Of a DNA stretch of 64,000 nt, positions 1 through 11,754 are shown one piece after another. The notes below the pieces were generated by a model that saw nothing but the letters and a program-made list of their open reading frames with translations, searched no databases and was not told the origin of the DNA. This stretch comes from Lingula anatina (taxonomy: Eukaryota > Animalia > Brachiopoda), in the NCBI GenBank assembly GCA_051362555.1, contig CM120648.1:7870587-7934586 (forward strand). Reading direction: 5' to 3'. Numbering within the stretch: the stretch's first letter is position 1; each line of letters begins with the position of its first letter. The position numbers and the translations under genes were made by a program.

Positions 1-344
1 TAGGGGATTGCAATTTGGTTCAAATTTGATGAGACTGCATTCATTGCAACATGTCTTTCAATACTAATAACGAATAATGATAAAATCCTAAGTTAACTGA
101 ATATGACAATTCAGTTGTACGATATGTTTAAAATCCTTCATTTAATAGTGAATTATTTCAGGTATCGTGAAATAATCAAAATCAACTTCTTTTATCTGTG
201 GTGGAGATTTATACATGTATGTGGGGAAGCGTAATTATCAATACATAAGCTTCTAGACATTAATTGTGTCGACATCGTAATGGTTGGACAGGCAAATACT
301 GTAGTTTTTCCAAAAGAATCGACGTCAAATATAATTCTTTTTAC

Positions 345-3300
345 CTGCTAGCATACTTGTTAAAATGAATATCTTCGATACTGATATACACAGCTTCACA
401 TCCATTACTGCTACCCCAATGACAAAGCCAGCAGCCTGAAAGACAATAACATCGGGATTATCAATAAAAAAGTGTTGTAAATCTGACAGTGCTTCAAATA
501 CCATTATTATTAATGCCGAAAGATGCCCCGAATTAGATAGGTGTCAACACAGGACGGATCCAGAATTTTTTAAAGGGAGGTCCAGTTTTTAGGAATGACA
601 GGCTGCGGATGCGAAGCGGAGCCGCTCCCCCTTCCCATGGCGTCGGGTTCCGGAAAATGTTGGTATTTTAGAAGGGGAATGGGGCCATTTGGTACGGTTT
701 AGAACTATGATTCAGCTAGTCAAACTTCTAATTTCAAGAGGGGCTTTAGGTGTGATTTTTTTCAGAAATAAAAGGGGGGTGGGTCAGGAGACCCCTTACC
801 AAATATGGCCCACCCGCTTGAATGCTTGCGGGAAATCTATTCAGTGTCCACTCGGAAATTAAGCGGCAAGCTTTTTAGTGAGTAGTTCTTAATTGCTGTT
901 CTCTCTAAGCGGAAGGAAACCTCATAAGGGGAATTCAAACACTAACTCAAAGAACTATAAAATACGTTATTTTGTGACGTCACGAAAGTATCTGAGCGAA
1001 CAGTGACGTCAGCATGACAGTAGCCCAAAACCCAATATATGCCCAGAAGCCGTTGAGTCCCGCCAGCCAGAACACGATCAACACAAAACCAGAGGGCAGC
1101 AGGAGCGTAAGCGGCAGTTCGCTTGTCATTTTCGCCAGGTAGTAGGCAGAGAGACGATATGCACCGGATGACCTCTCCTTGTCGATGACGGTGCGTTCTT
1201 CAGGGACTGAAATATTATTATGATTTTATTCAAGAAAATTAATTGATATTTCTGCAAGTGTAAGCTGGCGCTGGGTATAATATTTAATGTGAATAAAATC
1301 CTTGTGACTGACAAGTGCAAATTATCAAAACCTTATGTCAAATAAGATCAAAACGAAAAAAATTTCCCAACATTTTTAGAACACTTACAAGAAGAAACCG
1401 AGTAGGACAACGGAATAAAAGACCAGTATACATAGATAAAGAAGATCTGAAAATGAAAATAAAAAACAGATATAATAACAACGTGCAGCATTCTTATTTA
1501 AATACCTCGTATCTTTTTGTTTTAGATACTATTTAACAAAAGCTATTCATAGACGTTGACCACCAGTTGTAAGCGCGCGAATAACTTTGCTCGTTCCCCT
1601 AACTTTGGAATTTGAAAAACCCGGTATATCGTGACCGAGAGTCCCCCGTGATAGGGAGTCTGCTTCCCATTCATTTGTACACGTAAGCCTTGCCCTAGAT
1701 TTTGGACCCACTTAGGCCAGTCCAACCCTACCCATTATAACTAAATAGAGGGTGGACTTTCTGTTACACGGTCCCTCAGTTTCGTTACACCGGTCTTGTT
1801 GGAAATTCTGTAAGTCTCTTTACGGCTCTGTGGAATCAAGTGCAATTTAATGTTTTATCAGTGGCTGATAAACGAAGCCCATAGTTCAGCTTATCCCTTA
1901 CACTTTCTTTAAGTTTAATCTAGTCAACCCGTTTACATCAAAATACGCAAATTTAACACTGTATGGGAACTCACCACTGCTTTCCTGTCTGCAATAGCTT
2001 CTTCTGTCCTTGGCAACTGGAACCATAGCAACCCAGCAATAATTGCTAAAACAACGCTGTGTATAAGGTTAATTTTGGACCATATTTTAGCTTTTGATTG
2101 GGTAAAATTCCTCCTCGTGAGCACGTGATACTGGGTCCACCATGACGTGGGCCAGCGGTCGTCGTACTTTTGCTGCAAGTATTTGGATGCCATTTCTTTC
2201 GAAATGCAAATCGAGATTTCTGAAGCTAATGACGGATTCGTTGTTAGAGTTAAATAAATATTGTCCAGTGCTTTGTATTTTGTGATTACTATGTTCTTTA
2301 CGCCCGTTTAATTAGTGCATGTGTTAACTTTTTATCTTCTGTGGATCTCTGTAGGTTGTTTCAAAATTGGATGATTTTGTTACAACCTATAGAGTCAGAC
2401 AGAGACGCCTTCCACTTAAAATAATATATAGCATTAGTTTTTGTTATTTCTGATTTTAAAAAATCGTTAAAATCGGCATACATACCTTGGTGCACTAATG
2501 GATAGGGACCTTTTTCTTTGTCCTCTGAATTCATGCCAAAACCAAAATTACATGGACGCGCATCTTCTGTTTCATCAATGTCTCCTTTGTCATTTCTATC
2601 CGTTAATCCTTTGTTATTTGCCAAAATTTTAAGATCGAGGGCTTTCAGCTTATTTGGCCATTGATCAGACTGTCTGCAGTAGCAAACAATAAGATATAAA
2701 AGACGTATTGGTTTCTTTATATAATAGGCAATACAGTTTGCCTTTATTAAAACCACAACTAGGCTTATACGTAACCGTTACCATAAATCTTGGCAACATA
2801 CAAATGTATGTACCATAGTTAATTACTTAAAATAATCTAGATATCAGATGACAAATTTGATTTTTAAGTCAAAAAAATGAATTGAAGTAAAAAAAAATCT
2901 CATTTGAGTTCGGCACAAAGTAAATGCAGTCTTAATTTATATCAATCAACCAGCCATCTATCATCCTTATTGACCAAGCAGTCAGAAGCAGACAAAAATA
3001 TATGATTAGACCAAACTGTGACTTATTGAAGTCATTTGAAAAAAAAACGGGCTCTAGTTAAATACAAGTTTTTACTCACTCACCTTAATGCACTTGCACT
3101 GTTGATGATCAGATTTTGTACCTCATCACTATCTTTCATTTTTTCCACTGGCGAAAGTGAAGTGCAAAAACAAAAACAAAGTTAAAAGGCTAGTACATCG
3201 ATTATTCATAATCTTAAATCTTCTCTCCTAAAAATAATAGTGGTCTAAACCTACTTTTCTTAAGATATTTTCCTGCGGGACACAAAAACAGATAGTTTGG

Positions 3301-6300
3301 CAAGTCCAAAAACTTTTTAAGGGCAAGATAATTTCTTTTCTTCACTTTCATGTCTTATTGATAATGATAATGGATTATCAATTAAAGGTGGGAAGAAGCC
3401 TGAAGTGGATGTAAATCACAGGATATTTACTCATAAAATCTGCTGGGTTGTACAGTGGAGTACAGTGAAGACCCATACTGCTGAAGAAATCCACCATTTT
3501 GCCTGCATCACCAAAATATGCCATCTGAAATAAAAGCAAAGAAACAAAACTGCAATTTATCACATAGAAATGTTTGATGCATAGTGTAATTAAAGTAATA
3601 ACGTAAAATCTCCATTACTGGGATTGATATCTAATTCTTGGAACTGGTACGGGCACAATATTCGGATTCTATCAAAATAAGGCAGTTGATTCATCACAAG
3701 TTTTAGTGTACTTGTAAATACGACCAATTTGCAAATTGGAGATGCAATATTCGATAGAACCTTTCGACGAAGCGATATAAATGTATGTAAAGCACCGCAC
3801 AATACAGACTGTTTGTGCCAATTGCCTGTGAATGTTTCATTGCATTTTTGAGTAACAATCTGGCAAACATACAGAAACTGAAGGGGGGTCAGGACCCCGT
3901 GACACCCGCGTTAATCCGCCACTGGAGAGAGAGGGGGGGAGGTCAAGTGTTGTGGAATGAGGCACCGTTATGTACTTACATGCCCCTCACACAGCAACAG
4001 TAAACTGTCAAACATGTGGAATATCTGACTTGAAGGCTGGTGTATGGTGGTGACCACCGTCTTGTTGTGGACCGCAGAATAGTCCTTCATGTTTTTCATG
4101 AGACTGAAAGCCGTACAAGAATCAAGACCGGAGGTGGGTTCCTGAAATAGGAACAGGATTCGCAAAAAGTAAAAAAAAAAATGAATAAAGGTCCAAACTT
4201 TTGGACCAATAATATGGTCTACTTCGGTTTAAAACAGATCAGTAAAGGTCCATCTGAATAAAATAAGTTTCAGACTGAAAGTTTAATTTTCATTAAAATG
4301 AATAAACGACAGGATTTCACTGGTGTCAAAAATAATAATACATACATGTTTTTTTTTTTTTTTGAAAATATTAATTCGACCTTTAAGAAGTGCCGATAAC
4401 AAGGGCAATACGGTCGTTATATACCTTTTTTTTATACAAGACAGGACAATAATGACTTAAAGACTAGAAAAAGCCCCCAATATTTAATATTTGATATTTA
4501 TATTTTAATATCATGATACAATGCATTGCTTAAATAACACAACTTTTTCATCATTTAAACTGGCCAAGTTTGTGCCAAAACAATTCTATATTTTAAAGTG
4601 AACCGCAGGACAAAAAGCCAAGCGAATTTGTAAACTCGACACATGTCTACTTATGATGTAACAACCATGAAAACAATGAGGTGGCAGCGGTGGGACAGCG
4701 TGACCAATGAGCTACATTCTTTTAAACAGCATAGGGAAATTTGACCAATGATAACCCACGAAGCACTTACATCGAGTAACATAATTTTTGGGTTAGTCAA
4801 CAATTCACAGGCGATGTTGGCCCTCTTCTTTTCCCCTCCTGACAGACCCCGTTGAGATATGCTGCCAATTACTTGAAAAGTAAAAAAAAAAACTATTCCA
4901 AACTAAAATTATGCCAGCACGGAATTAAAAACAACAGCCCGATAGATGTAGTGTGTGAAAAGGGAAATATCATTATAATATGTAAACTTCATTTAAGTTA
5001 TAATGTTGATTGATAAACACTGAAAATTCATTTAATAAAAATTAGTGAATTAACGACCGACATGTAGTTTAAATTTACGTTTTAATTCACAAGAAACATG
5101 AGTCAGGAAAAATTAAGTTAAATATCCTTCTAGATTTCAATTGCTGTTGAATACTTCAATAACCTGCGCTTGCCTAAAAAACGTTCTGTCATCAAGTATT
5201 TCTTGACACCAGTAGCTCTATTTAACCTTACACGTATTCAGACACTTCTTCATATCCAGCGAATTGACAATCTCGTCCACCCTGGCCATCTTCTCCTTGT
5301 GAGGCATGCTGTCGGGTAGGCGCAAGAGGGCAGTGTACTGAAAAGACGTAGTGAGATTAAGGACGCACTGGGAATCGTCCAAGATAGCACAGAGTCTCGC
5401 AAATAAACATAAATCAAGCAAGATTTCGCGGGCTTAAGAATAGGGTGGGGATCATGGTCAGTGTCATACTATAGAGAGTGCGGTGTGGCAAAAACATCAG
5501 TTTTCATGATAGTTTTCTCTCAGTCAACCGAAAATCTTCAAAAAAATATTCCCCAGAATAAGCCACCTGCGCTCCACTATTGTCTTTTTCATTTGGCTTT
5601 TTCGTATGATTCCCAGTTCAGCAAAAAAAAAAAAAAAAAGTTGGTTCTATTTGTCGGCCGGCTGGCGAAACTAAGGTCAACACTGGTAGCAAACATTAGG
5701 TCCGCATTTTCATTTTAACAGATGACGATAAATATTCTGACATTTGATGATTTAGATCTCTTAAATTTTGCTGTTTTTATTCAACATTTTATTGTCATAT
5801 TCCAAAGACCACGTTTAGAAATGAACTATACTTAATATATACATAAAACAATACCAACTTCAGATATTTTCGCATGTTGATCAATTTCACAAAACCTACC
5901 ACCAGAGTTTCCTTCAACGTCAAATTAGCAAAAAAGATATCGGACTGCAGTACGTAGCAAATCTTTCTTTTAAGTGGCTTGGAGAGAGACTGACCGTCGA
6001 GGAGAACGCCCCCCTTGTCCCGCGGAACACGACCAGCAATAGCAGAGAGGAGGGTGGTCTTCCCAGAACCTTATGGAAATATGAAAGTTGACAGTGAAAA
6101 ATAATTGCAACCATTTACGCCGCACATTTGAATGGATGAAGGTAGTCAAATGCAAAGGCTGGAATTCGCGTGTGCATATATTGGGCTACGCTCTGAAACC
6201 TATTTGGTTTTAAGACGTGTTTACCTTGAAATATGCAGTATGCCGGTCTCCAGCATTAATTAAATACTCCTTACAATTGTATAAAAACTGAACGATGCCC

Positions 6301-6786
6301 AGTGCAAGAACATTCATCGATAAAACCGTCTTTTTCCTAGGTGGCAAGACTTGCCACGAAGTAGAACCTACATATTTTTCTAAAAAGAAGGCATTTTCCC
6401 CGAGCCCTAGGTAAACATATAGACCGCATTCAGAACAGTGGACTAACAAATCCGCAGATCAAATATGGCGACCCACTAAAACCTTGCCGCTTTAATTCAG
6501 GATTAGGCACTGAAAAGATTTCGTGCGGGGATTACGCAACAAGCATTCAAGTGGGTCGGCCATATTTTATACGCAGATCTGTTAGACTATAGATCGCCTG
6601 TTATGAATGGTCGCATTCAAAACAGTGGATTAACTAGTCCACAGGTCAAATATGGCCGACCATCTTGAATATTTCCCCACGGGGAATCTATTCAGTGTCT
6701 ATTAGGGATTTATACGGCAAGCTTTTTAGTGGGTCGCCATATTTGACCCTCGGACTAGTTGGTCCCCTATTCTGATTGGGGCCACA

Positions 6787-6856
<70 letters not shown>

Positions 6857-6974
6857 TCTCACCGCTTGGTCCCATGACGGCCAGCAGTTTCCCAGGCTTT
6901 GCCATCCCAGATATATCATGTAGGATATGCTTCTTGTTAATGGTCACGTTGATATTATGGAAAAGGAGCTCCAT
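345..6974 (-). CDS. ABC transporter subfamily G half-transporter (white/ABCG14-21-22-like); 3' end lies beyond the left edge of the window
   Basis: Phase-consistent exons on the minus strand: 6974-6863, 6069-5900, 5337-5232, 4871-4771, 4141-3980, 3524-3431, 3147-3084, 2673-2486, 2219-1975, 1446-1389, 1206-992, 435-345. The translation has Walker A GPSGSGKTT, Q-loop YVLQSD, signature LSGGEKKR, Walker B MLLDEPTSGLD, TIHQPSS, YNPADF, then the ABC2 membrane region ([11 protein letters not shown]; [23 protein letters not shown]). All junctions are GT-AG except the donor at 991 (see findings). An extra upstream coding exon cannot be excluded. Confidence 0.93.
800..890. mobile_element. Partial copy of palindromic MITE family A
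   Basis: AAATATGGCC...CTTGAAT...ATCTATTCAGTGTC...CGGCAAGCTTTTTAGTG matches the interior of the element at 6612-6783. Confidence 0.6.
6422..6783. mobile_element. Two adjacent copies of a non-autonomous TIR element (family A, PIF/Harbinger-like) in ABCG intron 1
   Basis: Both copies begin GCATTCA(G/A)AACAGTGGA.TAAC and carry AAATATGGC...GCCATATTT inverted arms. Related copies are at 35807-35981, 44050-44318 and 56688-56976. The superfamily is inferred from the termini. Confidence 0.75.
6788..6855. repeat. (AT)n microsatellite
   Basis: Read directly. Similar (AT)n tracts at about 8119-8164 and 57890-57942. Confidence 0.97.
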
Positions 6975-7048
6975 TCCTCTGCTAGATGGTCAATACCTGT
7001 GTGCTGTTTACAACATAAACAGAATGATTTTTCATCAAAAAAAAAAAA

Positions 7049-7081
<33 letters not shown>

Positions 7082-8116
7082 TAATAACCTGCGTCGATAC
7101 CTGACTTTTGTCTCTCTTTATGTTCGAGGTGTACGTATATCTTATTACTTGTGTTATGGTGAGGAATAACGACAGCGATCTGGAGCTTTCGAACGTTTAT
7201 TCACCGACTCTCTCTTCATACAACTTCACAAATATTTATACTCAATTTCTCCGTACTGATCACGCATTTACTTGTTTTCTTTTCCATTGTCTTTGCGTGA
7301 TTACAAAATATTTTCCATTCGCATGTTACAAGTCACCATGCAACATTTCCTTATTAGGTAATCCCTAAGAGACTTGTTTTCAATTTAAGATATCTAAAAT
7401 ATTATTTGAATTACTCATGCTTGGACTTTATCCGAAACTCGGTTATCATGTGATAAACAGTTGATCAAAATTAAAATATGTTATGAAATTAATCAATCAC
7501 ATTAACTGTTACTGACTTTGATCTTCCCTCTTTTTATGACTTTAAAAACATATTCAACACTTGTTGACTCTTGATGAAACTTAACTTACACTCAATAACT
7601 CCCTATTCTTTTACTCGTTTGATTCCGTTTTAATTGTTATCTGCAACTAGTGAAAATGTAAGAAATGTGCTTTACAACACATGGCTGCGTGCGACAAATT
7701 CCCGATTTTTATCTTTCTTTATGCTCGAGGTGCTGACAAAAAAGTAAAAAAGTTGCAGATCCAACCTACCCAACTCTCCCAACCTTGTGACCTCATGTAA
7801 CAACGATGATTACAGAGCTCGTCGCAAGTGGGGACCTTGCACAATATTTTGTCAGTTTGGTTCACATGATGACAAGCAAAACCGTCGATGCCACGGGCTA
7901 AAATGAGTTATGACTGGTCTTTAACCATCTAATTACGCTACGGGTGTGTGCGCGTGGGTGAGAGGAGGGAGATGGGGGTTGGGTTAAGCTTCATTCCACA
8001 AGCACGCTATTGCATGAGCTAGGACAGGCGTTTATTTATTTATTTATTATTTACTTATTTTTTATTGGCAAGGCTATGATGTTGTCAATCTGCCAAAACA
8101 GTGCGATACACATACA

Positions 8117-8166
<50 letters not shown>

Positions 8167-9187
8167 CACGATGTGACAGGGGTCGGACTGCTTTTTAGAA
8201 ACATATTCCAGTCATTGCGCCCAACCAAAAACTATTTGGTAGTTGTTAGTTTTCGTTGTAGTGGCACATTAAGATATTATTGTAAAATTCCGTTTCCAGA
8301 AACCGTAGAGACCCCATAGGTCTACTTCCTCTTTATGAGGCCGTTTTAAAATCATTAGAGTAGTCATAATCTGTAAATTATACTGTGAACTTTCTGCATA
8401 GCTGGAGACGGCTGTGTTGTTATGGTGCATGGACTTGAAACACTTGTCCTTGGCAGTAGGGAACACTTTTCTTTTCTTTCTACATCACGAGTGCCACGTT
8501 GCCTACCTCGCGTAACAACAATAGATGAAGACAACAATAGGGACTGTGTTTGAAAATAAAGCAGCATTAAATGCTTTTGACAAAAAGTAAAACTCTAGAT
8601 ATAAGCTTTAATGATTCATATTTTAAAGGGATCATTGCAGATGTTCCGAGGATAGGGAAATAACCTTCCAAGCATGCCAAGTTAAAATCGAAATAAATAT
8701 GTCTCTGGTTTATTTTATTCTTGAGTGAATTTATGTGTGGAACGGACGTCATCACAAGGCTGACTTCTAATATAGATTAGTTTGGGAGTGTTACTTAAAG
8801 GTACATACGAACTGAGCATTGGTGGAGCATGGATTCCCAGTAACACATATAAACCACTAGATTCTTATATGACTCAAATAATTTCGACATGCCAAGGGAT
8901 AAAGTGAATAGATCACTCGATCAGCCATAAAAGAACTTTAAATTTTTGGTTGTAAATTTAACCTACTTTCGTGACCTACTTTCCTGCCCCATTGACATAC
9001 AGCTTAGAATGCCAGCAGAAAAATCCGTTCAAACATCATTTTCGGGTAAAATTAAACAATGCCTTTTGGTAATTCTCTTAGTTATACTACTTGAAACTAT
9101 ATGCTGGCATTTGGTTGGTTTTTGTGACAAAAAATTGACTTTGTATGCATCTTTAAATGGCCTACTCAAGCTCCACTACGGTGTTTC

Positions 9188-9188
<1 letters not shown>

Positions 9189-9235
<47 letters not shown>

Positions 9236-9350
9236 TTAATATACTCGGGCTCGTCTCTTGCACATGTATGTTAAGGTTGGGTAGGCGGTTGGATCCATCA
9301 TTCATAATACATGTACATTATCTAACTTATCAATCATTCCTTTCATTTAC

Positions 9351-9387
<37 letters not shown>
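9189..9387. repeat. Poly-T tract (about 9189-9234) and (GT)n microsatellite (about 9354-9387)
   Basis: Read directly. Confidence 0.95.
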
Positions 9388-9390
<3 letters not shown>

Positions 9391-10275
9391 ACTTATATTG
9401 TCTTTTTCTTATAGCTACTCTGCAATATATATATATAGTTATTGACCCTTAAAAAAGGGAACTCGGTGCAGCGTTTTTATGATGACCAGCTAGGTCATTA
9501 AAATGTTTTAACATTAAAATCTTTCAAAGCTGACCGATATCCAGTTACATGTATCGGTCATTGTGAATAGGCCAGTAGGACAGTAGGACCTACTAATACT
9601 GCGTATGTCGCTGACCAGTGCGTTTAACACATGTGACATGTGACAAAGTTACCTCTAAGGACATTCACAATTAGTGTTACCCATGTGCAAACTGATGAGC
9701 GCTAAGAGATAATAATGTTAACGACGCAAAAAGGTCTGCATTTCCACGTCGGTGCATTCATCTACTTTGTGTTACACGTACGCATGGTGGGGTTAAAAAA
9801 ATTCCGATCGCGAAAGTTATTTTAAAGCCAGCAAGTTTCGCCCTGTCCAATTTGGACAAAATTATGAACTTACTATCATAAAGAAAAGATCGACTTTTCA
9901 CCATATAGTCACCTTCAATGCTGCCTCTTCACCTGTCTCAGCAAAACTGCATTCTAATGTCGCGATTAGCATACATGTAGGCCCCTATATACAGTATAAT
10001 CTATAAAAATTCTATACATACGCGGGTATGTGTAGCTCGTGCGTCACTTCTGGCATACATTAACCGCGAACAGGTAGGGCTGCTCAGGCTTTTTAAATAA
10101 AATCCATTCAGTCAAAATAAAAGGCTAGTCCTACTATAGAGGGTCACGGAGACATTGTTTCACATGATATTCACATATATGTCTAGCTCTGTTTTGTGTC
10201 AAATTAACCCTAGAAGTTTAAAGAGAATTTTGGGGAAAATGACGTTATCATCCAAGCTCCTCAGGGGGATTAATA

Positions 10276-10528
10276 AGGGGAGACCGGGGCTAGTTGGACC
10301 CCGGGGTAAGTTGGCCCCCCATCAATTTATGACAAAGTAACTATGGTGTAAAAGAATTGATCACATCATTTTTTAAAGTGACCGTATCCAACAGTGCTAA
10401 GAAAGCGTCGGCAGTGAGTCCAAATGAAATATTTAGCATCTTAAAGTACGTAACTTTATTAAAGAGACTTGATGGGGGAGGGGGGGAGGGCAACTTACCC
10501 CGGGGTCCAACTAGCACCGGTCTTCCCT
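10276..10528. mobile_element. MITE with about 45-bp terminal inverted repeats (Tc1/mariner-pogo-like, tentative)
   Basis: AGGGGAGACCGGGGCTAGTTGGACCCCGGGGTAAGTTGGCCC at the left versus GGGCAACTTACCCCGGGGTCCAACTAGCACCGGTCTTCCCT at the right; TA-rich flanks. Confidence 0.8.
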
Positions 10529-11154
10529 ATAAGGCCTAGATGTGTACGTAGTAGTGCAACAGTTAAGATGGCCAATGAGAAAATGTCCACAGCAAAGTAT
10601 ACCATTAGGTCCATTGGATTTCAAAGCCACACATTGAAAATGTCCATGTAAGTAAAATTTAAATTAAAAATCATGATCTGAAGAAAAAGGATCTAATCAG
10701 GCTTGGTTTCCCATTTCAAGGTGAATCAAGTTGGATGCACTTTTCACTTCTTTTTCAGATGTCACTTAATTATGAAAAAGAAGTTGCCCATCCCCTTACA
10801 AAAAAAAAAAAAAAAAAAGGAATGATGAAACATTGCAGGAAAATACCGTCTGTTTCAGAACTCAAAAAGAAAAGCTATTACTGTTTCTTCATGGACATAA
10901 GTGTTTAACTGTATGAGAAAATGAAATGATTTATGTTACCGTATCTACGGCCCTACTTGACAACTTTGAAATTGCTTCTTAATTCAATTTTTTTTTAATT
11001 TGTTAAGTTTTTGTGTGTAAATTATATTATCGATTTATTTCTTGTGTGTTCATCAATCTAGATACATGTAAAGTAAATTAGCCAAAATTAGGCCTATCTT
11101 CATTTATAGTTATGTTGATTTATTTATTTATTTTCTTTCTTTTTGTTTGCTCTC

Positions 11155-11157
<3 letters not shown>

Positions 11158-11205
<48 letters not shown>
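11158..11205. repeat. (CT)n microsatellite
   Basis: Read directly. Other (CT)n tracts at about 21597-21631, 36234-36281 and 56404-56464. Confidence 0.95.
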
Positions 11206-11212
<7 letters not shown>

Positions 11213-11577
11213 GGGGGGGGGGGGTATTTTTTGTGAGTTTTTCTTACTTAATTTAGGAAAACATATAGGGCCTAAAGCTAGTAGCAATCAATTGCCTCCT
11301 TTTCTTTGAATAGGCCTACACCTTGTAAAAAAATAGATGCGTAGGCCTACGAGATAAATTATATTCCCTAAAAATTCTATATGCGTTACGCGTGAATAAC
11401 GTGACAAATTAGGATCCAAAGGCATGTTCAACTAGAAAGTCGAATCGTCAAGAGATATTAATGTCTGTTCTCCACCAAGACTAACAAATTATATATCACA
11501 GCTAACCGTGAGGGAGGGTTAATCCAATAAAGCCCACTGCGACAACGCAGCTGAATGCGCGAGCTGCACAATGTCGT

Positions 11578-11607
11578 CACTTCCGGGGGAATTCCCGTCT
11601 ATAAATA
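11578..11607 (+). promoter_or_regulatory. Core promoter of the HEPN-TPR gene: ETS site, palindromic NF-kB site and TATA box
   Basis: CACTTCCGG (11578-11586), GGGAATTCCC (11587-11596, fits the kB consensus GGGRNYYYCC) and TATAAATA (11600-11607), about 150 nt upstream of the ATG at 11755. Function is inferred from motif match and position only. Confidence 0.6.
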
Positions 11608-11754
11608 GCACTTGGCGAGTTTGTGAGTATGTGCCGGCCATTTATGTTTCATATGAAAATCGGTGGCACATTTAGTCGCGTTAACATTCTAACATAAAGC
11701 TGAATACCACACGCTTATACCACAGGTGTCAAGCTAGTCTCAGGCGGAGTGAAA

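Noticed and set aside
2361-2756. 131-aa minus-strand ORF as a separate gene
   Set aside because: Only 2673-2486 is an ABCG linker exon; the rest is read-through into the flanking introns.
8269-8567. Short minus-strand ORFs upstream of the ABCG gene as extra coding exons
   Set aside because: No convincing splice sites or recognisable protein similarity were found.
6927-11309. ORFs with poly-Ile, poly-Phe, YIYI, VCVC or LSLS runs
   Set aside because: Translations of microsatellites and homopolymer tracts.
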